Positions 1 through 12,120 of a DNA stretch of 53,573 nt are shown here, one piece after another (positions within the stretch are counted from its first letter, which is position 1; each line of letters opens with the position of its first letter). The notes beneath the pieces were generated by a model. That model did no database searches, was not told the origin of the DNA, and saw nothing but the letters and a program-made list of their open reading frames with translations. The position numbers and the translations under genes are program-made. The DNA comes from Dimargaris cristalligena (Eukaryota): contig ML002266.1 in the NCBI GenBank assembly GCA_003614675.1, positions 1 to 53,573 of the forward strand, read 5' to 3'.

Positions 1-1686
1 TCGAGAGTGCTACGCATTCAATTCCTCCCATCTACACTCCAACATCTGTGCGTGTGGGCCCTAAGCTATGCGACCCATAGGTCAGTGGGTGTAAAATCAG
101 CTATTTCTTTGTGGGGAATGAACCTGGCTCGTGGGTATGGGGTTACTGGTTTATTGGCGACTATCCAGTATTCCTGACACTAACCATTCAAATATAGAGG
201 TGTACACTACCGCCGTGATCCACCCTATCCCCTTTCTAGACACTGACACCCATTCCGTTTAAATATCGGTGAATACTACCGGTTCTTGCGACCATGCAGT
301 TACATGCGGCTTTCACCCCGCAGTAACAATAAACCGGTCAGATGACACTGCCTATTCACTAGAAGATCCGTGTTCAAGAACGTGATCGGCCACCAGAAGG
401 GCAAGCCCATAGAACCATCCTCCGGCTATTATTCTCCCCCCCCCCCTTGAGCCGAAATAATTGGGATTGAGGAGAGGGGTGTATTCTAAAATAAATAGTG
501 ATTGTCAGTGTATTTGAATATTGGTTCTTTTTCCAAAAATAAATAAATATATAGAATCAAACAATAAACTCGGGGAAGTTTCGCTGCTGTTCTATTAGTA
601 TTTTTCCTCATTTTTGGAGATTATCAATAATAAAAAGCCAGCCACCGGTACTATGAAATCCAGTCTTGTATAAAGATTTATTGCGTTTCCCGAGATATCT
701 AACTAGCCAGACCAGTTGTGGTTTTCCGGAACCCCTAATGATTTCATTAATACAGCAGCTAAAAAGTATTTATCCGTGCTCCATTTTAATCTACAGTTCA
801 AGGTTCAGGACTGTATTTATGCCGCCATGCCGGCGGCAGTTTTAAACACCGGGTCGACGTTCGCCCGAATTGATGGCTTCTTGGTGACGTGGGTTCAACC
901 ACCAATATGTGTATCGCTACTTGCATCTTAGTGGCAGTTGAGCTCCAGCTGACTCACCATCCTTGGCCGAATTGTGGATACAATTTCGGTATCTGTAACC
1001 TTTAAGGATTTGAGGCAAAGGGGATGGGGGGGGGTAGCTGCAGCCGGCCAGCCAGTCGCTTAGTTGTCTGACTCATGGTTTGTTTTTGGGGGGCATGACT
1101 CCCCCACCGGACCAGCCCCCCCTCTCCCCATCCCCCGCTTCACCCGGGCTCTTTTTTATTTGCCCACTGTCCCATTATTATCAGATGACTACAGAAGTAT
1201 TTCCGCCTTAATGTCCTGTTGCTTCCCAAACAATACACCTCCCTGATTTGTAGTTGGTTTTTTCCCCAATACGGATATGGGTTGGAGTTTCTTGGGACGC
1301 TCTCCCGGAATCACGCTTACGCCTGGCCACCGTCGAGCCAAGTGACGTGTTAAATCACCTCTCTCCCCAGGGTTGAGGTACGAATATGCAGCTCGGTAAA
1401 TAGCGGTTGCGGATAAATATTCAAGGGGGCGTACTATTATATTTCCTGGATCGGAAAGCAAGACTAATCGATTGATTGTTTCGTTGCCCGGGTTTCCCAA
1501 ACCCGTAGGTGATATCAGTGGCTTCACCTGATTTAATCGGCTGACGGGCCTGACCTATTCCAACCATAGTTTAATAGAAGGACTACGATTAAAGTCAATA
1601 TGAAAGGAGCCCTTTATTAATACCCCTGGCTGAAATGAAGTCTTAAAATAAGCGGGTTTGACGTAGGGGAACAGGGCGGATTCGAC

Positions 1687-1694
1687 TATATAAA
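1687..1694 (+). promoter_or_regulatory. TATA box (TATATAAA) upstream of the HSP20-domain gene
   Basis: TATATAAA about 250 nt upstream of the ATG at 1935, followed by a pyrimidine-rich leader. Confidence 0.5.
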
Positions 1695-1934
1695 CCATGC
1701 CCCGGATTCGCCGGTTTTCATTTTATTAGCCTTCGATGATAACTTAACTCAGCCGAATTATTTGTTAGTATCGCTTCCAACCAGCCGCTGTCTTATTATT
1801 ATTATTATTTCTATTGCACTCTTTCTACCAGTTCCACTTAATTTTCCCCGCGTGATCGCCTGTGTTTATCCCTCCATTCACTCCGAGCCCGTCTCTATAT
1901 TTTATAATTATTTTTGTGACGCACTTTATCTACC

Positions 1935-2666
1935 ATGTCAGGAGGGTTTTTCCAAGACCGCTTTTTCAAAGTGGACACCCACCATGCGTTTACGGTGGAA
2001 CGTGAGTATGAGGTATCGCGCAATCATTGTTTCCCACCCAAAGCGGGTTCGCCGTGTATTCCCCGGAAGACTGTGCCCACTGATCACCACCACTTCATCC
2101 CCGTTCAAACTGGGACGACCACCACGAGCTCATCTTCGTCGTCGTCATCTTCCAGCTCCAGCAGCGGTACCCATAGTTGCCACCCTCCCAAACCCGAAGT
2201 CTGTATTCCCGGTTTACCCGTGTATTGCGGTGGCCCTAACGATGGGATCCCTCACCTTCCCCTCCCCGGTGGCGGTAGTCACAAGTGGGACACCGTCGTC
2301 GAAGGTACTCCCGAGGCCTCGGCCCTCAGCCAGGGGGTGGGCAAGATCTGCGAAACGCCTGACCATTTGTACGTCCAGGTGGACTGGCACCAGCGGCCCC
2401 GACATCTCCAACCGGACCGGGTGGTGGGTCGCCACGACGGGCGTGAGTTGGTCATCCGCTGCGAACAGGACCAGGGTAGTCGCGTACGGGAGATATTGAT
2501 GGTGGTCAAGTCGGACCGCGAGGATGTGCTTGAACGACGGGTGAAGATTCCGGACAATGTGGATATTGAGCGGTGCGAGACTCACTTTAAGGACGGCGAA
2601 TTTTGGGCCCGGTACCCTAAAGTCAAGGGCGAGCCGATTTTTCATACTTGGGGCCTGGGGCTGTAG
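1935..2666 (+). CDS. Small heat-shock (HSP20/alpha-crystallin-like) domain protein with long Cys/His/Pro/Ser-rich N-terminal arm, 243 aa
   Basis: Intronless ORF with good start context (ACCATG). The C-terminal ~100 aa follow the alpha-crystallin strand pattern: ICETPDHLYVQVD, DGRELVIRCE, LERRVKIPDNVDIERCETHFKDGEFWARYPK (cf. F.R...LP..VD...I.A.F.NGVL.I..PK). Confidence 0.75.
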   Translation: MSGGFFQDRFFKVDTHHAFTVEREYEVSRNHCFPPKAGSPCIPRKTVPTDHHHFIPVQTGTTTTSSSSSSSSSSSSSGTHSCHPPKPEVCIPGLPVYCGGPNDGIPHLPLPGGGSHKWDTVVEGTPEASALSQGVGKICETPDHLYVQVDWHQRPRHLQPDRVVGRHDGRELVIRCEQDQGSRVREILMVVKSDREDVLERRVKIPDNVDIERCETHFKDGEFWARYPKVKGEPIFHTWGLGL

Positions 2667-3685
2667 CCGGCCGAACCGACCATCCTACCTGGAGGGGACA
2701 TGCGCCTATTAACCAGTCTTGTCTTTTGACTATTTATATTTAGTAGATGACGCGTTTTCTTATTAGCAGTCCTTGGTTGTTCATACCTGGCCTAGTTCCC
2801 TATGCCCCGCATCCTTGTAATATTATCCCGAATGGCCTACTGGTCTTGTAATAGTTTATTTACCCGAGTTTTCGTCTATCAACCATTATTTACCATTGTT
2901 TCCTCTTAGTTTACGTTTTACTTTACTTCTCAATAGGATTTATGCCTAGGTCGGCGTGGGTTAAATACACCTGTCTCAGACCCATTTAGGGTGAGACTCG
3001 AGTGCATAATATATCTTCCGCCCACCTCTGTTTTGTTGTGATTGTACAAGAATATAAATCAACCGTTTTAGCTATCTATCCATCTCACTGGGCTCGGCCA
3101 TTGCCGCTGGGCACCAGTGGTGGTGGTTCAAGTGACGTATCAAAATATGGGTAAGGAGGCGTTTACCCAAGGCAATTCTTGGGACGAATATTAGTATCGC
3201 TGCTTTAATTGAGTTTACGTATCCCCTTTACCAGACGATAATGGACCACGCCCCGTCTCTCGTTTTCGGCCAAGTGCGCCGGGCTAATTTGGTCAGCTGA
3301 TGAATCAGTCGTAGATCACACCAACATAGAGTGAAGGGATACTCCTCCTTCTCCCACTCTATCTTTTTGGTATTTCCACCTCTCACATTCAGCATAGGCT
3401 GTGCGGGCTTGGGTGGAAACGTCCGCCCGACTTTGGCCAAAGTTGGCCGTTCCGCACCGATATTCCTACACTTGTACTACCACACTCTGTCCCACCATCC
3501 CGGTAATAATTGGACCAGAATTCGACAAAGACGAATCGTCACCCCGTTTCCAAAGGGCCACCGGCGTGCCGTTTCAGCTACCACCACCACCCGCATTTTC
3601 CCTGATTGATTTCAATAAAATAAAAGAGTGAACAGGAAAAGTTGTGTGTGATAGATTAGGTGTGGTGGGGAAGAGGATATGTGGC

Positions 3686-3742
3686 CACAGACACAGACAC
3701 AGACACAGACACAGACACAGACACAGACACACACACACACAC
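3686..3742. repeat. Compound microsatellite (CACAGA)7 followed by (CA)n
   Basis: Read directly; it explains the CLCLCL, VCVCVC and SVSVSV spurious ORFs here. Confidence 0.95.
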
Positions 3743-4290
3743 CCGTTTTTTGGTCCAACGGACAGGAAAAACCCGCCGACCCGTCGGTGATGACGCCAGC
3801 GGTGTTCGCCAATAAAAAAGAAGGGTGACCATCGACAACAAGGCCCTCCGCCGAGACCCACCGCCCGGGTCCTTACGAACCAACGACGTCGGAATATTGA
3901 TTACCCATTCCCAGGATTCCCTCCCTTGTTTTTCCACCTCCTTTTCGCCCCGAATGCAACGGAAAATATAGGGAATAAGAGCAATAAGAGTTATATATAC
4001 AGATTAATAGGATAGGCAAGATGTAACAAAGGCCGAACAATCGTTATTGGTGTATCTTAAAAAATTGGCTTATAAGAAAGCCCAATGAAAAAATTAGATT
4101 AGAAAGTGCAGCAACCTCTGGTTCGCGTCATGTATTATGTGAGCCACAGGACTGGGGTGATCAATCAGCCTACCGAACCAATGGATGACGGCCATTGGCT
4201 CCAGCAACAACCCTCGCACACGTTGTGTGGATGCAGAGGGTCGTTTCGTTAGTTGGTTTTCATTACTTTACCACACGGTAGGAGGAAACA

Positions 4291-4297
4291 TATAAAA
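4291..4297 (+). promoter_or_regulatory. Candidate TATA box (TATAAAA) for carbonic anhydrase
   Basis: TATAAAA about 450 nt upstream of the ATG at 4740, followed by CT-rich sequence. Confidence 0.35.
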
Positions 4298-4739
4298 CGG
4301 GGTACTCAGCCTGTCCAGTGTGGTTGTGACTAACTCTATCCGATTTCCCTATCTCGCCCCTGACTGTTTCCTTCTGTGTCGCTTGGCTTTGCTTACATCA
4401 ACCATTTGGGCCCTTCACTGTATTGAGCCAATTCATCTCCTATAAACACACACACATACACACGTTGCCTACACTTTTTATATTTCTCAGGCCATTATCA
4501 AAATCCGCATTAGGCGCCCTACCAACTCCTTTGTTTCAGCTTCGTTGAGGTAGAATTTGCTGAGCAGCAATCTACACCAGATTACATACACACGTACATT
4601 ATATATATATATATAACAGGTTATCTCCTGACTATTATTTTTTTATTGTTATCTTTCCTCCCGGTGTGACTGGTTTACCCTTTTATTATCCCCACCTCCT
4701 CCGTTTTCTCCATTCCCTCCCTAACCCCGCTCAATTAGC

Positions 4740-6063
4740 ATGCCGTTGGAAAAAATTCTCCGTCAGAACCAGGCCTGGGCTGCCTCGTTTAAGAAGGAGC
4801 ACCCCACCCTAGCCGCTCGTACCGCCCAGGGCCAAGCCCCCGCGATTCTTTGGTATGGTAAGTCCTGCTCAAACAGCTCCCTGCTTATTTACCCTGGCTG
4901 ACTATTAACCGCCGCCTCATTTGTGGCTTCCTTTCCCTCCGTTTCTTCCCGCAGGGGATTCTTTCGATGGTTTCCGAATGGAGAAGTGGCCTATGCTGCC
5001 ACCTCGCCCTTGTGTCTGTGTGCGTGTGGGTATATGTTGAACAGCAAACAGGTGCTTCTCCGCCCGGTAGGACAACCATGTTGTACCGTCCCGGTTGGTT
5101 TCGGAGGGAGGGAGGGCTGCGCTGGAGGAAAGTCGCTGGGAATTAATATTTTCCCCACGTGCGTAGCGGGGCCACTTATTGGCTGAGTCCATAATGTGGG
5201 AATCGTCCTTCCCTTGCCACTGGTGAGATTACTCCTACATATCTTAAGGTTTGGTGGAGAAAGGATTGAAGATGATAACCCAGCGCCTATCATTTGTTCT
5301 TAATTTCAGTCCAGAAGCAGGGTGGAAAGAGAGAGGGGGGGACCCTTACCTTAATACCAGCCCCACCACCTTCCTCTCGTTCTGACTCTCCCCTTTGGCA
5401 TGGTATCGAACTAACCCTGCATCGTCTATCCCAATTACTCTTACTATATCACTATTGACTACTCACTGGGTACTCCCAGGCTGTTCGGATTCCCGGGCCT
5501 CCCCCGAAGTCGTAGCGGACTGCACATTGGGCGACCTTTTTGTGCAGCGCAACATCGCCAATGTAGTGCACCGGGGCGACCCCAGCAGCATGTCCGTGCT
5601 CGAATACGCCATCCGCCACCTCGGTGTACAGCACGTGGTAGTCTGCGGCCACACCAAGTGTGGCGGCGTCCAAGCGGCGCTGGCCAACAAGTCGGTCGGG
5701 TCCTATTTAGACCCCTGGCTGGAAAAACTCAAGCGCCTCATTCCCCGTATCCCCCCGCCGTCCCCCCCTTCGCTGGCCTCTTCACCTGATGTTGCCTGCT
5801 GCCGCATTCCCGCCTCCGAGGCGGCTACGGCGGTGGGTTACGGCGAGTTGGAACGCCAGCGGGCCCTGATTGATTTGAATGTGTACCAATCGCTCTACGA
5901 AATCGCCCACTCCGAGGTGGTCCAGGCCCGTTGGGAAGAGAATGCCATACCACTCACTCTCCACGGATGGGTATACAATCTGGAAACCCTGGAGTTGGAA
6001 GATATGGCTGTGGAAGTGAATTCCCGCGAAATGGCCGATAAAATGTTGACCTCGTACTTGTAA
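4740..6063 (+). CDS. NCE103: Beta-class carbonic anhydrase, 233 aa, 2 exons
   Basis: Exon 1 4740-4857 (MPLEKILRQNQAWAASF...GQAPAILWY), intron 4858-5479 (GTAAGT...CAG), exon 2 5480-6063. Splicing restores WYGCSDSR. Also GDLFVQRNIAN, LEYAIRHLGV, VCGHTKCGG (Zn ligands C, H, C) and LHGWVYNL. Confidence 0.95.
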
Positions 6064-8628
6064 TTCACCCCCCTCCCCTTACTTCCCCCACCCCCTCTTC
6101 ATTCCTTTCCAACCAAGATATCCCCGCTTCTTCCCCAACTCCGCCCCATACCCAGTATTATGGTTTTTTGCCTGACACGTCCAGCCTCACCGTCGGCCGT
6201 GCAAAATTGTAAGGCAGCAAAAAACGACCAGTTGGATTGTAGATTATATACTTGGAAGTCATTGCCTCCGACTTCCGCTTTATTGGATTCATATGTTCAA
6301 TCGTTGTTCGAGTGCCGCTTATTATCAGGAGGTGCCCATCTATACATACATTTTTATACATCTATCATACACACTTATTCATACTCTCCCCTTGCACAAT
6401 GTGTTTGTACATTTGGAGGACGCGGGTGAGTTCTATTCCTTGCCTCCCTCGCCTTCACTCTTCTTCATAAACCAGCCGTCATTTGGGATCACCAGGCATG
6501 ATAGTTTTAATGACTACACTACAAGGTGTGGGTTCAAAGGAATAATAGGGCTGAATGAACTGGTGTCAGCGACTTGCTTCCACGGCTGTCACCTGTGTCG
6601 CTCCTTAATCCCACCCAAGAGTGTATACTCCAATATATCTATTTGGGGCCCACCTAGAGGGCTTCGTGGCACGCTACCTTGTATAGCAGGTATCCGCTGC
6701 TCTGTGAGGGTCGCACCAATGGCGTAGATGGCCGACTGTTGTGGAGTATTCAATCATCCGCCATTTACCGCCAACGGTACTTGATTCATTGGTATCGGAA
6801 GTATTCCACGGTTTGATTATAATGCCCCCTCCCCTACTCTCCTTTCCCCCCTACACCACCAATTCCATTCAGAACTATTTGTATGGGGGGTTTTCAATCA
6901 GCCAAGTTATAGTAGGATGGACGGTCCGCCGAATGAAGTTATGGAATGTAGGATATGATTTGGGAATACTCCGTATTAAACTATGCCTAGACCTAGAATA
7001 ATCTATACATATGGGAGAAGTTCATCCAAGCTGTATAACAAAAAATCCATTAGATTCGGCCAATATTACTAGTTAAAAATAACTTTCCCATATATTCTCC
7101 CATACACATATAATGCAAACCCTTATATAGCTGGGCTGAATTTCACCCATATATATATCAATTGCCAAGCCGAAAAATCCCAGATTATCATTCTAACCAC
7201 AAAGTGCCGTTGGGGCCTCATTTATTGCCTAAGTGGGCCAACTACTCTGGCCACCACTCCATCCACCTCCTCTTCCCCCTTTCTGCTAATCTGGGACCTC
7301 AGCCTAGTGGGCCCGTTCGAAGCATACACGGGAGCGGTACCACTACTTGTTCTCCATTGACTATTTTTTCACGTTGCTTGCTAGATTAGGTAAAGGACTG
7401 GGCGCGCGCGCTCAGCTGCTTTATTCGACCGCCATTTGCGAAGAATCCACGGTCTTCAAAAGGCATACGTTCGCTAACCTATATCTATAACTATTTCTTC
7501 CCTGGTAACCCTGGCTAGACCTTTTATAAATAGTCTAATGAATATATATACAATATTAGCTAACGATGTAAACTATACATTCCCCGAGACTCAAGGTATC
7601 TCTAACCTCTGGCCAAGATTCGCGATGATAGTGGGTCTAAGGTTACATTGCACTTTTCCTAAACTAATGTAGCCAAAATAGTTACAGTTAGCTACGGAAA
7701 AGGAATATTGCTAGCATGGCTATTAATATTCGTCAGTTTTTGAACATGTCGGGGTTTTAGGACGACGGGCTGTGCTTAATGGGGTAATTATTATTACTCC
7801 CAAAGTGAGAAATGCCCAGAAATATATTAGCAGACGCTGGCCGAGCCGAGGTCGAAGTTGTGGTTGATGGTTCTTTTTTATTGCTAGTTTGAATGACGCG
7901 GCGAATTATGCGAACCATTGTGGTGGTAACTTCTTGTCCTACCCTAGTGTCGGGTAGGGGAGCATTCCTAATTATCGAGTAAACAGGGAGAGAAAAAAAA
8001 CTGGAGGAGAGGGAGGAGGATATGTATATAAGTATAAATGTGGACATAACAATAAGCGACCAACAACTGATGTAGTTAATGTTAAACAAAAACATAATAA
8101 TAAAAAATAGCCAGAAAAAGGAGTGGAGGGAAGGCATATCTCACAATATGAGCACGAGTAGCTGCTACCGTATTGGTCTTGAAATGTACGGGTGTGTACC
8201 CAACAGGTACCAATGGCTGTCCCAAAGCTAAAGATCTGTGAACAAGAGGTGTTCTTGGCCTTGATTTTGTGGGGCTTTACAACGCACCCGCTCCCCACAA
8301 CCTTTACAGAACCTTTGATATTAATGGACATGTCGTTAGTCTGGGTTTACTTATAAATACACAGGCTATCGTCCTCTTTTATATACTCTTAAATATCTGT
8401 ATATACGGTTGATTGGTATACATCTTCCTTGCGTTTGAACGCCCAACCTGCTATTTTCCTCAAACCTATTTTACCATAATTTTCACTTCCTTCTCTATAC
8501 ATGTGCCATCTACTTTTTTTACGGCTTGAATAATCACCCTTAATTCAAACTCGACAGTTGCTCCTTTACGCCAATATCCCCCAGTTCTAGAATTGTAATA
8601 GTACATTTTTTGCTGAAATAAGCCGACC

Positions 8629-10698
8629 ATGTTGTCATTTTCACCCTTTGGCTATCTGGGAGCCGTCTTGCTTACCTATGTCTGCCTCGAAATAAGCCAC
8701 ACTCCCCCCGTTCAAGCTGAACTTTTTCGTCTGCCGCTTCGGTACGACTATCCCGACACCCGTTCTTCGTCCCCGACCAACACCAAATCCCCTTTCCTTT
8801 CGCCCCAGTGGCCTCCTCGGGCAGTGACTTCCTCTACGACGTCCTTAGCCGTCCCCGGTCCCATGACGGGGGGCGCCATGACCCGTTCTGTCTCCACCCC
8901 GACCCCCCACGCCCGCACGCCCACCGATGGTAGTGGAAGCGGTAGTAGTGAGGGCGACGGAAGTGAAGCCAGTCGGAAAAGTGGGGCTTCTTCCCTTTGG
9001 CCGTGGCCGGGGCTGGGTAGTACGCTATCGCTCCACCAACTTCCACAGTCCGTGTACAACTTGGTTACGGGGGGCTTATTAGCCCCCGCTTACTCGCCGT
9101 ACGACGAGTCTTCCACTTTCCGCGGGTCATTGGCGGACGTTATGGTCAATAGCGACCAGGCCCCTCACTACCGACTGGGGGATAGCCAGCCCTTCCGGCC
9201 CCCGTATGTGGAAATTCAATTCGACGGTATGGGCCGCGTATTCCGGTTGGCGGTGGATACCACCGTGAACGGATTGGTGCTGTTCGATGATATTCCATTA
9301 CCACCCGTCTCTTCCGCCTCCTCGTCTTATGCATCATCAGCCGCAGCGTCGTCGTCTTTTGCTTCAGAGCCGGTTTCACCCTCGTCGGCCTGGTCGCCGA
9401 ACTATACCCTATCGAGCTCCCTACACTCCTTGAGCCACCGGGGACGCCAGCGGCAAAATAAGCGGCACCAACAGCCGGGTGAAACCGTCAACCACTGGCT
9501 CAAACGGGTCTACCCTAAATGCCAACAACACCGGTGGAAACGCTGGTTGGCCGAGGGAAAGGCACAGTCCTCGTCGACGTTTATCTTCAAGGGCCAGGAA
9601 GTGGAGAGCAGTCCGTGTTACACCGTGGCCCTCCAGATGGAACGAACGGAAGTGTCCGCGGGGCCGGACCGTCGGTTCGATTCGAGTTACTGGCGGATAC
9701 CGAACGTGCCGGTGCATGTGATTAAAGACCGGCGGCGACTGGGTGGACCATTCGATACATTTGCGCTTGACGGTATTTTGGGACTGGGGTTGTCGAGGCA
9801 GGACCAAGTAGTGGTTGATAGTGAGGAGGCAGCGGGTAGGGATAATGGCAGCCACGGTACGGATACGACGGGAACATTGTTGGCCGCTCTATGTCGGAAT
9901 CCGGAACTAGTTTGGTCCACCCGTGCTCCGACGGCTGGGTCTGCGAGACGGGGGGAAGGGGGGATGGACAAGAACAACTCTAACCCCCCCTCGGCCGCCA
10001 ACCCGACTAACCGACTGGTTCCTTCGGTACGTTTCCGCCTTACGTCGGATAATCTCAGGGACCATCGGATTGAACTATGTGCCTACGACAATGAACCGAT
10101 TGCCAGCGGCAGTTCAACGGCACCCCAATCGCAAACCCAAGCCCAGTCTCAGCCGTCGTCATCATCGTCGGCCCCTATGACCATAGTTGGTGATGGGACC
10201 GAGCCCCAATCGACGGAGTTTACATGGTTCCCAGCCCTTACCTCACCCGGCATGGGTCCCCGCGGGGCTTGGCGCCTGGGCCCCGAATCCGACTTCCATC
10301 TCGAAGGCCTCTATTTTTTATCTAGTGCAACTCAGCTGGCATCGCCCCCGACGTTTGTGTTCAACAGTTTACTTCCCAAAGTGTTGGTGCCTAAGGGGCT
10401 CAAACATGAAGAATATGATGATGATGATGATGAGGAGGAGGAGGAGGAGGAGGATATGAATATAGATGGGCACCCCGAATCGACATCATTTCATCTAAAG
10501 GAGGCAAACTTGGTCACCCTGGTGAATGGTGAAAACTATAGTCTGGAGGATACGTACATGGGCCCACCTGATCAGCCTCTGGTGCTGCTGGGTCAACCGT
10601 TTTTACGCCAATACGAAGTGGTATTGCGGAATACCAAGGGTGGTCAGCCCGAGATTGGAATCGGTCGGGTTCGCTCGACCCGTCCCCCTTCTATTTAA
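8629..10698 (+). CDS. Secreted pepsin-like (A1) aspartic protease homolog with degenerate catalytic motifs, 689 aa
   Basis: Hydrophobic N-terminal signal. Pepsin-fold landmarks FRLPL, FRLAVDTT (first DTG site), DGILGLG, FVFNSLLP (second DSG site) and LLGQPFLRQYEVVL...IGIG, separated by long Ser/Pro-rich and acidic insertions. Confidence 0.75.
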   Translation: MLSFSPFGYLGAVLLTYVCLEISHTPPVQAELFRLPLRYDYPDTRSSSPTNTKSPFLSPQWPPRAVTSSTTSLAVPGPMTGGAMTRSVSTPTPHARTPTDGSGSGSSEGDGSEASRKSGASSLWPWPGLGSTLSLHQLPQSVYNLVTGGLLAPAYSPYDESSTFRGSLADVMVNSDQAPHYRLGDSQPFRPPYVEIQFDGMGRVFRLAVDTTVNGLVLFDDIPLPPVSSASSSYASSAAASSSFASEPVSPSSAWSPNYTLSSSLHSLSHRGRQRQNKRHQQPGETVNHWLKRVYPKCQQHRWKRWLAEGKAQSSSTFIFKGQEVESSPCYTVALQMERTEVSAGPDRRFDSSYWRIPNVPVHVIKDRRRLGGPFDTFALDGILGLGLSRQDQVVVDSEEAAGRDNGSHGTDTTGTLLAALCRNPELVWSTRAPTAGSARRGEGGMDKNNSNPPSAANPTNRLVPSVRFRLTSDNLRDHRIELCAYDNEPIASGSSTAPQSQTQAQSQPSSSSSAPMTIVGDGTEPQSTEFTWFPALTSPGMGPRGAWRLGPESDFHLEGLYFLSSATQLASPPTFVFNSLLPKVLVPKGLKHEEYDDDDDEEEEEEEDMNIDGHPESTSFHLKEANLVTLVNGENYSLEDTYMGPPDQPLVLLGQPFLRQYEVVLRNTKGGQPEIGIGRVRSTRPPSI

Positions 10699-11280
10699 TA
10701 TAGGGGAGATATACTTGTAGTTTAGTGGGGTTGCAATAATATGGCTTACACCCCGTTGGAAGAGGGTTATAGTGCCGCTCAATTTTGATGGTGATACTGA
10801 TCCTATACACCTAATAAAGTACTCGTATCGACCTCAGTGGCTATTCGTTCTTGGCTACTTCTTGGAAAATATTGTAAAGTTGGGTGAGAAGGGGGGGGGA
10901 CTGAGAGATGCGAAAACTAAACATTTCACCTACTAACCGAAAACGTATACTAGACATTGGACCCGGGTGGGTGGTTGGAACACTCGGTAGAAGAGAGGAA
11001 AGGAACACCGGCCTTCCAAATCCCCCCTCCCCACCCTCCGCTTGTATCTCCCGGCATCTATTCTCGTTATTTCTATTTCTTTTCTCAGGTTTGCCAATTA
11101 TCCTCGACACCCATCGGATTGCTGCATTTGGCTTTTCGCTGACCCACCAACCTTGTGACATCCTCCATTGGGGCCCGCTCAGCCGAACCCCTCTCTAATT
11201 TCCGAATTCGGCGCATGTTACCCTCCCCCTGCACACATCAATACCGCATCCACTACCCATAATATTTTACTGCCTCCACC

Positions 11281-12120
11281 ATGGCTGAAGCCCAAGACAA
11301 TAGCGTGATTCCCGAAGCACCTCCGCTTGTCTTTGACCCGAATCGGGAACGCTTCCAAATCGAACTGGAATTCCTCCAATGTTTGGCTAACCCATGGTAC
11401 CTTAATCGTAAGTCCAAGGCTACAGTGTAATAAGAACCGTACAAACGTGGGGTTTGGTGCGGGCTAGTCGCGCCTCTCCCCTCCATTAGTGGGGACGTTT
11501 TAAGTACAAATACAATATTACACTTACAAAGTCCCAACTTAGCCGTCCTTTGTCCCCATGAACCTGTATCGACTCCTCTAACGCTGACCTCACCTCGTCT
11601 CCCCATTTATTAATGGTTCGGTTGCTCCTCCGCCATAGACCTCGGTCAGCTCCAGTACTTCAAAGACCCCCAATTCGTGGCCTATCTCAATTACCTTCAA
11701 TACTGGAAAAAGCCCGAATACGCCAAGTTCATCATGTAAGCTAAATAACGCTTCACCCATCATGTTGCCAACATCACCTATATAGATAAGCCATCCCCAC
11801 ACGCATCTACACCGCGTTTTTGGCATACGGATTTTTTTAGGAAACATCGCCCTTGGATTATTTATTTATATTTGATCTTAAAAATTAACACTAATATTAT
11901 ACCAAATGTGTTTGTATTCATCTTCTATAGTTATCCCCATTCCCTCTATTTCCTTGACTTGCTCCAACACGCCGAATTCCGGGAGGCCATCGCCAAACAG
12001 GATGTGGCCACTTATATTCACCAAAAGCAGTACTTCCACTGGCTCTTCTTCCGCCGGGGCAAGCCCCTATCCGAGAATCCCGATGAAGAAGAACCCTCGC
12101 AGCCAGTCCCCAAGCCATAA
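11281..12120 (+). CDS. MED31: Mediator of RNA polymerase II transcription subunit 31, 137 aa, 3 exons
   Basis: Exons 11281-11407, 11639-11735 and 11931-12120 with GTAAGT/TAG and GTAAGC/TAG introns. The spliced product RFQIELEFLQCLANPWYLNHL...FVAYLNYLQYWKKPEYAKFIIYPHSLYFLDLLQHAEFR is the Med31/Soh1 signature. Confidence 0.97.

Noticed and set aside
1762-2499. 245-aa ORF overlapping the HSP20-domain gene
   Set aside because: Alternative frame of a GC-rich CDS with a TTG start and no recognisable motif.
5395-5479. N-terminal extension of the listed carbonic anhydrase ORF
   Set aside because: It is intron sequence (branch point and pyrimidine tract); the real exon 1 is 4740-4857.
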